From Lama glama (taxonomy: Eukaryota), in assembly GCA_028534125.1 (NCBI GenBank), contig CM052818.1, forward strand, positions 31,436,001-31,500,000: a stretch of DNA of 64,000 nucleotides. The letters are read 5' to 3'. The notes under the pieces were generated by a model. The model was not told the origin of the DNA. It searched no databases and was given only the letters and a program-made list of their open reading frames with translations. Positions 23,227 through 37,090 of this stretch are shown here, piece by piece; within the stretch, counting starts at the first letter, position 1, and the number at the start of each line of letters is the position of its first letter. The translations under genes were made by a program, and so were the position numbers.

Positions 23227-26200
23227 CCGTGTCCGAAGTGATGAATGGGAAGGCATTTGCTCTCCTTTTCCTGCCTCAGCGTCAGGGTCTGAATCATGTT
23301 GGGAAATGACATTCTGTTAACACAAGCACTTTTGCTTCCTCCTGTGCTCTCTCACCATCCGGTGGGGGCCCTGGCTGGGACTGGCTTTCAATCTTTAAAG
23401 CCTCCCTGGGGGTCCATTCAACACCCCTCTCACTGACATTAAGGAAAGTCATGGATAGAAATGGAGAGAAGCATCCTGCACCTCCCCAGGGGATGCTAGG
23501 GACGTGCTGGGGCACGGACGGGTCCTTACCCTGACTCCACCAAAAGATGCCAGGCTGGCAATGCCCCCCACCCCCACCCCGAGGTCAGGAGCAGCCTCAG
23601 CCCAGTCCCTGGCTCAGGTCGCCACTCAGTAGGGACCGTAGAAAGGAAAGTGAAAGGGACCCAGATGACTTCATAGCTACCTGCCTTCATCAGAGAGCCA
23701 CCTACACCCAGACCCAGGGGGGAGCAGGCTTCTCAGCAAGGCAGGGAAAGCAGTTTCGGAAACACATTTTAAAACTTCCAAAATTAAAGGCAGTCAGACT
23801 TCTCTTGACCTTGTTCTGAGCCCCGTGAGGCCATAGATCCTGCTTATCTTTGTATCCCCAGAAACCCAACCACAGTGTCTGGCTCACAACAGGTGTTCGA
23901 TGAGTTCTTTTTGGTTTGGAAGAAATAAGCAATGCCTAGAGGCTCTCAGGGGGAGAACTAGAGTCATTTACCTTCGATGGAACAGAGTCAGGGCCTCTGG
24001 TATCTGGAGATTCTGGCCAAGCCCACACAAGAGGCCTCGAGAGCTCTCTTCCCAGAGCCTAACTTCCAGCCTCAAGTCCATCCTAGCTCAGTGCCGCCTG
24101 GGAGCCTGTGATTCTCCAGAGCAAAGATTTGACAGCTCACCCCCTTCAGACAGAAACCAGCTCCTCCCGCGAAGCCTCTCCTCTGGTCCCCAAGTCTCAC
24201 TGCAAAATTTCTGCGTGGATCTGTACGGAGCCTTCGTTAATGGAACCTGTTTTAAATGACCTTTTTGACCCCCTATTGAACAGATCCTCTTAACCTTTCA
24301 CCGATTCTCAAACAATATGACAGAAACTTTGGGCTTAAGCAGTAAACTCACAATCAGGCACCTAGGAAATTCACATTTCTCAGTAACAAGAGATTTTCAT
24401 TGTTCATTGCTGGACGAGGGCAGAATGTAGCCAGCACCCAGACATGGGTTACCCATAGACCCACATGTGATCATCTCTCCCATCTGGGGGTCTGCAAATG
24501 TGCAGGGACCCTGGGGACAGATCTTAGTGGCCGCCTGCATGCTCCCCTTCTCCCTGCACTTCCACACACTGATCCCTCTCCAGGAATCATATACATGCCT
24601 GTCCTGGAAGGAGGTGGGGACCATACGGGCCTGAGAGCAAAGGCACACACCGCTGAAGGGGCCAGGAGAGGCTCCTGAGCTGGCAGTGAAAGACGGCTCT
24701 GTGGCTCACCTGGTTGGTGGTGGGAGGTTCCAAGTAGAAGGCTTTCCTCTGTCTTTTCAGTTCCTTGGTTCTTCCTCCATAACTTTTTGTGATGAGTCAA
24801 AAGCACTCATTCTTGGGGGACCTGGCCTCCATCTTGGTGGTAAGAGCCCCTTTAAATTCTAACCAACACCTTACAGGTCTCCCTCCCTCCCTCTTCTCTG
24901 CCCAGACTAGCTTCCTGCTGACCGCCATGGCTGCTGAGTAAGTGGGGAGCCTTCTCTCTGGATTCTCTGGGCCTTCAATAGAGGTCAGGTCAGACCTGAC
25001 TTCAGAAGGTCCTCATGACCCTTGAGCTCTTCCTCGACCTCCCCTTCACAGGCACTTCTGAGAGATGTGTTCCTAGCTTGGGGCATCTCTTCCCCAAGCC
25101 AGCTTCTCTGAGGCCCTCTTTGTCCTTGCTTGCTCTCCAAACTTCTTCTGTGGCCACTCCCTGAAGTCCTCTCCTGAATCAACTCATTCTCAAACTGCCC
25201 TTCCCGATATTCCTGTTTGGACATATGACTCATTGTATCTCTGCCTTTTTGATCTTGCCCCTTCTCCCAGGACCTTCATTTTCTATTTTTACTCTACATT
25301 TTACACTGATCACCAGAGATGAAAATATAGAGCATCACTGAGGTATCATCAGAGAGAAAGAAATCACGCAGACCTGAACCCTCTTCCCGCACAGTTATCA
25401 GAATGGAAAGGGTTACAGCATAATCCCAAGAGTCTGGGAAACCTTACCTCTTGCAGGTTAAGATGGCTAATAGATTGCAGAGATGTTTCCAGAGTGGAGT
25501 CAAAGCTCATCTTCAGGATATTTATAGAGGCGACCAGGAATCTCCAGTGCTGATCAATGCAATGCCTTTGCATTCAGTGCTTTCGCTAAATCCTCTCCAT
25601 CTGTAGGAGTCGCTCCCTTGCTGAGGGTTAACTACTCAGGAGACTTTTGATCTGCATGTGAAAAAGCAACCAAAGTCAATCCGGCAGGCAGCTGAGTCTG
25701 CTACTCTCTCCTTTTCTTCTGTTTCTAGATGACATCCAAATAGCCCTGTTCTGATGGGTGTCAGAGAGTAACTATTCTAAAATTAAAGGGCAAAGAAGTC
25801 TTCTTTAAAAAAAATTTTTTTTTTAAACTTGGGCCCTGTAACTTAACCTTTCCCTCAGTGAGGCAGGCTTCTAGGATAGCTGGTTTTATGGCTGTAAAGA
25901 TAAATGAAAGGCCAAGTAGGTGTGAGAGCACCTCCTGGGGCTGGGGCTGGTGACTTGACAAGTCATTTATTCCAGGGCACAGCCTGGCTTCCTGCCAGGC
26001 CCTCCAGAGTGAGCCTGGCCAAGGAGAAACCCGAGTGAGGTGGCTGACCCCCAGCATGGGTCCTCTGCATCCCAGCTAGGGCCTTCCAGCATCTGGTGGA
26101 TGTGCACAATTAGTAATGCTTTTGAGAATAATGATTTGGTCTCATGGAAAAAGGAAAATTGGTCCAAGATATTGTCTGGTAAACTTTGACATTCCACCCC

Positions 26201-26389
26201 AAAGAGATCGTACACTCATGTAGAATCACTAAACAGCTGCATGATCATATTACAGAAACTTCTTCAAGAGCCAACTTGTCATTGAATCCATCTCCAAATT
26301 CCAGATTTTCTCAAACAAAAGGAGCCCTGATGTGGAAGGAGCTGTAATCAGCCAGATGGAGGAGAGAGGCAGATTGCCAAGACTGGAAG

Positions 26390-26540
26390 CACCCTTTGAG
26401 ATGTTTTGGCCCAATCCTCCTCCTTTTGTACATGGAAAAACTGAGGTCCAAGGAAAAGAAGACAATTTCCTAAGGTCACCTAGTGGAAGAACTCGGACAA
26501 GAGGATGGGGCTCTTGAACCACAGAATCCCCCAGGCCGAG
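26390..26540 (-). mobile_element. MIR SINE
   Basis: ccttttgtacatggaaaaactgaggtccaagg...cctaaggtcacctagtg. Confidence 0.75.
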
Positions 26541-27224
26541 GTGCTCCCTCACCTCTTAGGGTTGCACAGACCTCCTTGACCCCATTCCTAAAAGAAGACC
26601 TGAGGACGGGAGTCTAGGCTAGAGGGGTAGTGATGGACTCTCTAGTGAAAACAAATGAAGCTGTATTGAGAGTCTGCTGAAAGGAGGAATCTTGCTGTGG
26701 TAGAGGGCAGAGGACGAGGAGGTGGTGGCAAAGTCTAGCTTTTACTAAGCCATAAATACAAAGTTAAACAAGATGAAGCAAGTTGTCTAGGTCTGGGATC
26801 CTGCTAAGAACCTGTATCATTGAGGTTTTTTCCAGAGGATCAAACAGAAAAGAGCAAATAATATTAGTCATTCAATAGCAAGTCTTCAGTACCTATTTTG
26901 TATAGAACATTGTGCCAGGTGCTTTAGGAATAAAGAAGGTAGTGGTTCCAAGACCCAGTCTGGTGCCTCTCAATGACAATGTTTTTACAGATACACACAC
27001 ATACCCTCACACACAAAATGCACACACGCACATTAAGACATGGAGTATTTCATAATACTCAATTTATCCTCTTTATCCTGAGATCATGTCCTGTCTTTTT
27101 GCCCATTGTTAATATAACTTTCTCAGTTCTTAACAATATCCTCTCAATAAAATGTTGGCAACCCAATCAGGGTTCTCTTGAGTGTTTTTGAAACTGCAGT
27201 GGTTGATGAAATCCCAAAGCCTGG

Positions 27225-27420
27225 CAACCATGGCTGTGGGTTGAAAGGCTGTGGGCTCTGGGGACAGAGAGACATGAACTGAAATCAGGGTTCAGCCACT
27301 TACTCACTGTGTGACCTTGGGAAAGCTTCTTAACACTCAGAGTTCAAATTTCCTACCTGTGATTCAAAAAGTCCCCAGAACAGTGGGGACTTCCAGTGGA
27401 AGTATTCTCAAAGGTTATTG
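27225..27420 (+). mobile_element. MIR SINE
   Basis: gggctctgggg...gccacttactcactgtgtgaccttgggaaagcttcttaac. Confidence 0.85.
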
Positions 27421-28896
27421 CCGACATCTCAAAAACATTTCTTGTGTTTGTATGTGAACATACGCACACCTGTGTTGTATGAGGCACTGTATGGGAAATG
27501 AGAGATCTTTAATAGCCTTTCTTTCAAAGAGTTACAAATCATGCTGGTAAGACAGTCTACCTCACCAGAAATCACGGGAGAGACATGAAGTCTAGCATGT
27601 CTTTCTCCTTCCCCCAAACAGTTTCTTTGGTTTGACAGAATTTTCAGATATTGCTTTCCACAGTTCACATTATATTGTTTTTCCATGGCTGGTTTCAGTT
27701 TATACTAAGGCTCCCTCAAAACTCATAAAGTTCCCTTTAAAACCTCATAAAATTTCACCTGTGGATGTTTATTGCCCACAGGATGTGAGCTATGTTTGGT
27801 TTTGATAGATTTGCCGTTATTAACGTTGGTCCTGCATTTCCCACCAGCCTTATGAAGATAGCTGCCTCCTGACTTAACACGGGGGGTTCTCCCTCTTTGT
27901 CCCTCAGTGAGGAAATACTTCAGCTCCCTGGAACTTAGCTTGACTCATGGGCAGAGGTTCTCACTCCCAGACTCCTGAGGTCCAGGAGTTTGCTTCAGCT
28001 CTGGGAAGTGGGTGTTCTTCATAAAGCTCACCAAGTTCTCTCTACCTTCTCCAGGCTCTTCCCAGATGCTGTTCCCCGGAATTCATCCATGAGTGTTCAC
28101 TCACCTACACAGGGACTGTCATTTGGGAGATGACAAGGATGTTGCTGCTAAAGTCAAGGGCAATTCTCAAGTGCATAAAAATAATCCAAAGCAATTTCTT
28201 CCAATGAATCCTCCCAGAGTCATCTCCCTGGGACATTCGTCCATTGACCCTAGTCCTACACAACAGTCCTCTAAACATTTGCAGAAAGACATCCTTTCCT
28301 TTAACATTCTCTTTTCAGGCCAAATGCCATGACTTCACCACATATGACTTTAAAGACCTTGTTTCCATACTCATTGCCTTCCTTGTGGGTCTCCTTCGGG
28401 GTTCCCATTTGGATGTGTGTCTGACTCACACTGGAATCAAGAAGCATCCTTAGGGGTAGATCTAAGTCTTTGTGGCTCAGGACCCTTCTTCCCATGATAA
28501 AGAATGGAGCTGGCTTTAGAGAGGCACTTCAGTCTCAAGGTTCACAGTAAGTTTAGACCCTGGCAGCATCAAGGCCAACTCTGGGAAGTCCCAACAGGCG
28601 GACAGTGCCCCAGACCAGGGAGTCCAGAACAACCTGGGAGTCTAGGCCACAGAGTTAGAATCAAGGAAAAGGTCCAGAGATACCAACTGGGATAAAGTGA
28701 AAGGAGGAAGGTGTCACCTGCAACTTGAGTTTACCTAAGTTCCTAAGCCACATGCCTAGGAGATACTGGGTCCTGGATTTGACTGACATGAGGGAAGCTC
28801 AGAGAAGAAGCTGGGGGAGCAGTAAAGTCAGTAATAGTTTTTTTAATTCTAAGCTTCAACGGAAGGTAGGGCTAAAGCTGTTGACATCTCCCTTGT

Positions 28897-29285
28897 CTGT
28901 ATTATCAGGATTCCTTTGCTCACAAGGGCAGACACACAACTCATCCTGTCTTAAGCACAAAGGTTCATATAACTGCAAAGGACTGGTACTGAGGGTAGCT
29001 CCTGCTTCAGGAACTGTTGGCCTCAAGTGACTCTGCTTCTCAGTTCCAAGTTGATGTTCCTCTCAGGCAGATGTTTCCAAGGGGTAGCTTCTAGCCACTT
29101 TCATTCACAAACTCCCAGTTTCAAATTCATCTGAAAATGAACTTATATTTTTTAAGAATTCTAATAAAAGTTCCCAGAGCTAGGTCATGTGCACATTTCT
29201 GGAAAGAAGTGGATGTCTAACCATGCAAGGCAGAGAATGATGGAGCAGTGGCTTCCCGGAAGAAAAGGAGAGTAGATCTGGGGAA
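28897..29285 (-). mobile_element. MLT1-like (MaLR) LTR, decayed
   Basis: tcaggattcctttg...aactcatcctgtcttaagcacaaagg...gcttcagg...ctctcaggcag...ggtcatgtgc antisense MLT1 pattern. Confidence 0.65.
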
Positions 29286-31599
29286 GCGCAGCTGGTGGAC
29301 CTCCACCACTCTGCCTCACTCCAAACTGGTTCTGGATCTCACCAGGCCCAAGGTGGGGCATTGAGAAGAGCTGGCTGTGGCAATGAGTTGAGGGAATCTG
29401 CCAGTTGGAAGACCTCCTCTCATCAAAACCTGACCCAGCGCTTCAGATGTGACACAACTAGTGAGGGGGCACAAAGGGGCCATCTCCGCATTCCAGGTCC
29501 CATCCTTTAACAGAAACCCAGGTCTGAACCACACATGCCCTTCTGAAGCTTCAACACTTCTCCTGGACACTCAGGCAATGCCTCACCCCAGTCCTCTGCA
29601 CATGAACTGTCATCAAAGTATTCCATCCCTCCACTGTCTCAGCTGGGGTGTGGTAGATTCAGGATGCTGCTTTTAGCTCAGTCTGTTTCCAACATCAGGG
29701 GGCATTTTCTGGGGTGAAGAAAGAACATTTTAAGCAATCTTGCCTCTGTTCATCTTTCTCTTTCTCTGGAAATAATCACAACTTAGCCTCACCATAATTT
29801 TAAAATTCAAGGCTTGGCTCAGCTTGGTAAGCCAGGGTCTGATTTGGACGTCAATGCCAGCACCGAACTCAGCTCAGCTTGAATCCCTGCTGAGTTGTTT
29901 ATCTTCCCTGATCTTAATCTCAACACACTCTTGTGAAGGCTTTTTGGGAGAGGGGTACCTTTTGGGTGCGGGGCTTCTCGGAGAGACTCAGTGACTTCAT
30001 TTCCCCTGCCCCCGGGCATACTGCCTTCCTCTTTTTGGAAAACAAGAATCTTGTCCTTCTCTGTCCTCCCTTTCAACTCTTTCACTCTTTGAGCTGGAAA
30101 CTTTCCTGACAAAGTAAATTCAGAGGTGACAAATCATATGTGGATCTCACTCCTGTGTCTCCTCCTACTCTTGGCTACCCCTAGGCTAGAGAGTCTGGAA
30201 AGCGTCAAATGATTCAGAAAGTGAGCTGAATGGGTTCTTCATGCTTCACATTTTGTGCCAGGGAGCAGAGCAGTGGCTGATGCAAGAATTGGACAGGGTA
30301 GGAGTTGAGCTGAAAAAAAAAAAAGATAAAAAGAACCCAACCATAGCTCAGGACTCCCACACAAAGTACTTAAGAAAAGTGCTCAGTGGAGGACCACGCA
30401 TGACAGTGGATCTTTAGTTGCTGCTGGAAGACAGACAGGGCAGGGCTCTGCCTGCAGGATGTGCTCAGTCAGTGCCTACAGAATCACCTCTCTGGGCCTA
30501 GGGCCTTTGAAATGGGAGTGATGCCATCAGGTAATTAGGGCAGTTGGGATGGGGCTCAGCAAAATCTTGAGGTCTGGACAAGTGTCGCTTATCACATCCA
30601 CAGGTGACAAGCAGGCAGCTCTGGAGAAGAGGCCCTGACGGAGCAGTGACATGTACACATACTGTTCTTCAGTACATTCAATGGGCCGTGCACACCCCGG
30701 TAGGGATGGTGGCCTACAGGCATGGGCTTTGGGAGCACGTAGCTCCCATCAATGGAGGACACCCCCTGGGTCACTGCTGACTCCACCTTTCTGCATGAAT
30801 CCCCCAGGACCACTTCTCCACCCCTCCTCACACCACCCCAGTTCACCAGGCTTCTCCTGCTCCATCCCCCTCCCAGCCAGCTGCCAACCCAGGGGACCTT
30901 TACTGATTTTCCTGGGGGCGGGGGCTGAAGTGGGGTGGTCTGGTCTTCCCCTATGTTCTTCCCAGTCAATATTGTTTCCTTCAAGGCTGCCCCCTTTTCT
31001 TTCAACAAAACCCACCTTGGATAAACTTAAAAGTTTGGTTTTTAAACAATTTTCAATTTGAAATTTTTTTCAAAAATTGGCATTTTCCCCTTTGCATTCT
31101 TGTTTGAGCAATCCTAATTATCCCCTAAATGATATGGATCTCTTGAGAATTAAGACTGAGAAAGTGCAGCAGAGAAAAGCACAAAAAGATTTCGATGTGT
31201 AATTACATTTCATTCTCACTGGTTCTTTGCAGCCAATCTGGTAGCAGAAAACTAACCTCCACAGATCATCTTTCCTTTTCTGTAACAATTTTGTTCTGAT
31301 GTTTTTCACCTACAAATCACTCATTTAAAGTGAAACTGCTGAATGTTTGTTTTTATCATATTCACAGAATTGTCACAAGTAATCCTGCAATACAAGCAAT
31401 GCTTTAGGAGAGTAGATACTGGGGCAACAATATATATATTTTTAATTCTACAAAATGTCTAACTCAAACACACTATGCTGTCCCACATAAAATCCAGTCC
31501 AGCTGTGTTTGCAGGCACAAACATAAACCCTGGATTAGGGGGAAAGGGAATACACATTCCTTAATAAGCCCAGCCCTTGACAATACAGATTTTGTTGTG

Positions 31600-31775
31600 T
31601 AATCTTCAAAAGATGATCTCCTTCTAGAGGCGGGTGTTATCCCCATTTTTCAGATGAAGCAACTGAATTTAAAGTCACCCAGCTAAAAAAATAGACAAGT
31701 AAGATAAAATGGAGTCATCTAGCTGGTAGGTGGCAGAACTGGAGATTTTAATGCACGTCTATATGAATCCACAGG
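31600..31775 (-). mobile_element. MIR SINE
   Basis: gttatccccattttcagatgaagcaactga...ctggtaggtggcagaactggag. Confidence 0.75.
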
Positions 31776-32364
31776 CATTCTGTCCATAGCAACTTCTCCT
31801 GCCATCTGAGGGCAAACAACGGCATGGGAGCTGTTCTAGAAAAATTTCTGAACTCTGATGTTGAACTTGTCTACTATTCAGGAAACCCCTCAGAAGAAAA
31901 CTGTGCCACAGGCTGGTATTCTCAAAATGTGGCTTGGAAATCACTGGTTCGTCAGCTAGGGCCCAAGGCTGAAACTTCAGAGGTTTGGGGAAGACTCAAA
32001 CGCTGTGGGACTCCCTCAAAAGGAAGGCAGTGTGGCCTAGTGTCACTCAGATCATAAGACCCTGGGCAATGAATGCTTTTGGAATTACGCCGGTACTGCC
32101 CATCATCCTGGCAACACAGTACCCAGGGCAGAGGGGCAGACTCCTGGGGTTTGACCTTGGAGCACCTTCCTTCTGCAGGGACCAGAGCAGAGACAGGTGT
32201 CTTTGCACATGGGCCAGTTGGCTCTCTGCCATCACCTTCCTCCTCCTTCCTTGGACTTCTTAAACCCTTTGATGTACTTTCTTATGCCTCCCTACCTCCC
32301 TCTTTGGGCTTGCTCTTGTTCCTTTCTGTTCCAATAAAGCCCTCATGGAAAGAGTGTAAAATAT

Positions 32365-32575
32365 TGATAGTACCTAGTGTTGATACGTAGGTGGGAAAAC
32401 ATCTTATTTACCACTGGTGGGAATTTGAAGTGGTGCACCCCACCCCGCGCTTGGAAGGCAACTGGCAATGCCTATGAAAAACTTAAATAGGCAAATCCAC
32501 AGTCTCAACAGTTGCAATTCGTGAACTTAGTATCACAGAAATGCTCGCACAGTTGTGCAGAGACGTACGCGCCAG
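32365..32575 (+). mobile_element. Ancient L1ME ORF2-end fragment
   Basis: ccactggtgggaatttgaagtggtgcacc...ttggaaggcaactggcaat. Confidence 0.6.
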
Positions 32576-32579
32576 GTTG

Positions 32580-32790
32580 TTTGTGCTTACTACATGTCCG
32601 CACATGCCCTTCCAGTCATTGTCTTATTTAATTCTCAAAACAACCATATGAATATTATTATTGTTCCTATTCTCATACAAGGCTTTGCAGAAAATATACA
32701 AATCTTGCCCCAGTGCCATACAGTTAATAAGTAACCAAGTTGAGGTGGAAACCTGGGACTGTTTCACTCCTAACCTCCCCAGTATAACTG
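32580..32790 (-). mobile_element. MIR SINE
   Basis: tcttatttaattctcaaaacaaccatatga...cttgccccagtgccatacagttaataagtaa. Confidence 0.75.
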
Positions 32791-34639
32791 TATTTTTCCC
32801 AAAGTGCCCCTTCAAATGCCAGGTTTCTTGGTCCTAAGTGTCCCCCTTGTTCATCACCTTAATCATCATCTTTTGCAGCTCAAAGCAAAGCTCTCCAGGA
32901 AGGCAGATTGGGTGTCTTGGTGTCTCCAAGGGTGTTCAAACGTTTCGGGAAGCCAAGGGGGAGAAATACATTTATCAGTCATCAGACCTCAAAGGTCAAC
33001 TGAAATGTCAACTAGAGTGGCGCGGGACTGCGTTGCACCTGCTCGTGTGAGGACACTGAGCACCGTGCTTCTCAGAAGCCTGACTAGCAAACACACTCAT
33101 CCATGATTAATTAGAACACGGAGAAACAAAGTCACCTTAATGGGTCATTAAAAAAAAGTCATTTAATTGCTTGGAGACCAAATCTTTCAAAAGCAAATTT
33201 TAAGGAAAGGCTCTTGGAAGCAAAAATATTGAGAATCATTCCTTTAAACCTGTAGTCTCTGGGACAACTAGCCTCTTCAAAAGCAGCCCATTCCAGAGCC
33301 AGGAGCAAGCAGTTCTGAGCACATTAGATGAGACTGACCAGAAAACATAACACCCTCGCTGCAGGTCTGTCCTTCCCAGCTTGGGGCTCCCGGAAGGCTC
33401 TCCTGAAGGAAGACTGATGGGTTTTATTTTAAGGAAGTGATCACTGAATGGCTCCTGCAAAAAGCTCTCCTGCTCCCCTGGTCTCTGCTCACATAGCCTG
33501 ACTCTCGAGGGAGCAGGAGAGGAGTCTGGATGGCATATGATCAGTGCTCCCTGAAAAACAATCAGATCTGGGAGAGAGACACGGCCACAAAGCCAATGGT
33601 ATCCTTAAAAAACCCTCAGGAAAGGACACAGTGCCTTTCCTACAAACCTAAGTTTCCTCCTCCTTCCCGGGTCTTCTCTCCCCTCCCTCCTTCACTCCCA
33701 GAATCCACTTTAACACGCGACGCCAATAGGTAGTTTCTTCCACCCACTCTGGGGAGTCCTGTGAGATGATTTCCGTCTTTCAGGATTGTGAGGGGTTTTG
33801 CAAACCCCAAACAACACACAGTGGAGCCACTGCTCAACTGATTCCTCAGATACCACCACCTGGGGTAAATGTGTTGGACAGCTGTTGAACAGCTGGACCG
33901 CGTCCACACTTGTGCTGGAGGAGGAGCAGAGTTGTAATTCAGTGAGAGAAAGAGGAGCCCCCCAGCCCCGGGCAAGACACGCACCACAAGAGCCCAGCGG
34001 AGCCCAGTGGAGCATCAGCGCAGGCCCCCGGCCTGGCTTTCCTTCGTCTTTCCAGTTTTATTACAAATACACTCACATAAAAATAAGTACCACTCTACTT
34101 TTGTAGAACACTTTATAATTTAAGCATTTCCCACGCATTATCTCATTGAAGCCCTCAGCATTTAAAACTGTTTAAAAATTAGCTAACGTTGAATGTATTT
34201 ATAATTCTCCTCACCCAACACACAGATTTTCCATAAACATTGTCTATCACTTTCTAATAAATGCAGCACATGCAAAAAAAAAAAAATCCCTTCACCTTTT
34301 TCTCCACCTTTCCTAAAGCAGTCTTTCCTCCTCTGGCCAGTTCTCTTGACACTAATTACACGGTTTTGCAATCTTGCCTTCCTGTCAACATCTCCAAGAT
34401 TGTAATCCTTTGTTCCCTTTTCTACTTACCTTCAGAAGAAGGTTTGTTCTTTGCACCTGTGGCTGGCCCCCTTCCCTCCCCCTCCTCTGTTTGTTTAGCC
34501 AACTGTCTTCGAATTCTTTCATGACCAGAGGACAATTAGAGGCACAGAATTAGGTGCTGCTGATTCACCTCCTTCTTACATCCTCTCCCTGCAGCCGCCT
34601 TCTGTTCCAAGGTATTATATTGTCTTGAATCCGCTGCTT

Positions 34640-35070
34640 CCTTCACTGGCCAGGTGACCTTGAGAAAGTTATTTAACCTCTCTGAACTTCAGTTCCCTCA
34701 ACTGTAGATCAGGATCCTAGGAGAACTGACCTCATAGGCTTACGGTTGAGCCTTAAAGAGGTAATGATACTACAGAGCCCCGTGCCTGGCGTGGCGTGGG
34801 TGCCCAGACACGTCAGTTCCTAAGCTCTCCATTGCCCTTTCCCCTCTTTTCTCACTCACTTGGAGTGCAGTATCATGAGCAGAATGCTCACCAGTGGAAT
34901 CACAAGACCTACGTTTAATTCCAGCTTTTGCCTCCTGGGACAGACGTTCATTCCCGTCTCATTTTGCACGTGCATAAAATGGGGATAATGAGAACCTTCT
35001 GTACTCATCAGTCAACCCGGTCGTAAGGATCAAATGGAAAGAGTATGAAAGTGCCTTCCAAACTAAAACG
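34640..35070 (+). mobile_element. Two adjacent MIR SINEs
   Basis: gtgaccttgagaaagttatttaacctctctgaacttcagttccctcaactgta and a second core ...taaaatggggataatg...taaggatcaaatg. Confidence 0.8.
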
Positions 35071-35164
35071 TGATAACTGACAAGTTATCACTGATAAGAC
35101 ACTCTTAAGATAGTACTATTTTGTCCTACTTTGAGAGATTTCCTGTAGCTTCCTAAGGAGTTTG

Positions 35165-35300
35165 GTTTTTTTTTAATAGCAAGAAAATACAAATTTAAAA
35201 TTTACTGCTCAATCATTTTTAAGTGTACATTGAGTAGTGTTAAGTATATTCACATTGTTGTGCATCCAAGCTCCAGAACTCTTTTATCCTAAGAAGCTGA
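35165..35300 (-). mobile_element. L1MB-like extreme 3' end
   Basis: catttttaagtgtacattgagtagtgttaagtatattcacattgttgtgca...ctccagaactc. Confidence 0.8.
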
Positions 35301-35461
35301 TTTAGGGAACATTTTAAATGTCCTTATCCGTAGAACACCAGCGCCTGCTGTGGAAAGGTCTGTTTTCTTGTTGAGGTTTCCTTCTTCAGCTCTCCAGGCT
35401 GAGGCGGGGGTCCTTGAGCTGCTGCTGGGGCAGCCAGCAGACAACGTTTTAAAGTCACGAA

Positions 35462-35548
35462 CTGTATATGCATGACTGGGACGTTATGCTGTACACCAGA
35501 AATTGATACATTGTAATTGACTATACTTCAAGTAAAAAAAAATAAAAA
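35462..35548 (+). mobile_element. Short young L1 3' end
   Basis: gcatgactgggacgttatgctgtacaccagaaattgatacattgtaattgactatacttcaa + A tail; closely similar to the reverse complement of 63475-63545. Confidence 0.88.
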
Positions 35549-36079
35549 GGAGCTATTTTGCCTAGAGGTGGGCCCACAGTGGTGTCCTCATCGTGGGATC
35601 CCCTCCTGTGCCATCTGGAGACTGTTTTCAGGGAAACTCTCCCTTCCTGACACCTTTGCAACAACAGAACTTGAATTTGGCTACCAGTGTTATCTATTCT
35701 GCTTTCTTATTGTAAAAATAAGTCATTTTAACCCTGGGATGGTTTAAATGAATCCTGGCTGGCCCAAGCCCTAGGCCTATCCCTTCTTTGGTCCAGGAGC
35801 TGGAGCATCCTCGAGTAACAGCTTCTCTTTCATTCTGAACTCTCCTCCTCTTTAAAGTTCTTGCTCCACTGGTGGGACCCTGACGAACTCCTGTAAGAGG
35901 AAACCTCAGCCAGAAAATGTTGGTTCAGATGCCTTATTTTCTAAGATCAATTTTAGATGATCCTTTTTTTGATGTCTCTGATTTTTAGTTTTTGACTTCT
36001 TTTTGCCTCCTCTTCAAAGTGAGCTCCAGGAACTCTCCCTGGGCCCTTAGAGTAGAACTCCTATCCTTCTGGAGGAACT

Positions 36080-36250
36080 TTGATGGAAAAGAGCCAGGGA
36101 CTCTGTAGTCTGATTTTCTGAGTTTGGATCCTGGCTCTGTATGACTGTGGTCAAAGTTACTCTCTGTGCCTCAATTTTCTTATCCTTATAATGGGTATAA
36201 TAATATCAATCATCTTTACCACAGAGAGTTTTTGTGAGGATATAGCAATT
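36080..36250 (+). mobile_element. MIR SINE
   Basis: ctctctgtgcctcaattttcttatccttataatgggtataataat. Confidence 0.8.
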
Positions 36251-36664
36251 GAGAATATTAGATAAGGAATTTCCTCCCAGAAAGCAGATCTAGGGCTTGC
36301 CAGATTGGTTGGCTAGGAACTTTCCTTTACTTCCAGGGCAGGAAGTTTTCTCTTTTTATGATCTGTAGGATTTGACATGCTCTGTGGTCCAATGTGCATT
36401 TCCTCCTTTCCCTTTCTTAGAGTTGAGTTCGAGTCTTTACTGCAGTTATTGATTTCTCCCTTACCTTTGGCTAGCAGGTATATGGGGGCAGACGAGCTGT
36501 CTTTTCAACTTACAGATTGTGGTCCTGAGAGGCACACACAGAGCTGGTAGGTAGCTCTGTACAGTAACCAGAGATCCTGGACTTTGGACAAGATTTTGGG
36601 TTTTCTTTCTTGGTGATGGAGAGTGAGAAGGAGCCCATGGGTACCAAAGAGCCAAAGGGGAAAT

Positions 36665-37090
36665 TGTGACAGATACCATTCAATAGCTTATCAGTTTTCA
36701 TTTTAAATTCCCTTGTTCTCTGCCTTTCCCAGTGTAGAGGTGAAGACACAGCTCTTCATTTCCCAGCTTCCTTGCTGCTAGGGGTGACATGTATCACAGC
36801 CTGGTCAATGAAATGTAGGTGAAAGTCCGCTGGAGAAGTCTTAGCTTCCTGAGTAAAGGTACAAGACTTGTAGGGAGAAAGCCCTTGATCCTTTTCCCTT
36901 CTCCCTGCCTTAAGCATGGATGCAAGGCTACACCCTCATGGAGAGCCAGGAGGCCAAAGATGGAGGAGAGGAAAGAACATGCCCAAGTCCCCAGTGGAAT
37001 GAATGAGCAACTTCCCCTGCCCTTCCCACATCTCCACTACCTGAAATGGGAATCTCCTGTTTGTTGAAGCCATGGTTGGCTTTCTTAATG
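36665..37090 (+). mobile_element. MLT1-like (MaLR) LTR
   Basis: catttcccagcttccttgctgctaggggtgacatgt...tggtcaatgaaatgtaggtgaaagtc...tgttgaagcca. Confidence 0.75.

Noticed and set aside
31257..31309. Possible 53-nt minus-strand exon (tttgtag|GTGAAA...GGAG|gttagt)
   Set aside because: Weak polypyrimidine tract, unrecognised peptide and no partner exons; needs RNA-seq evidence
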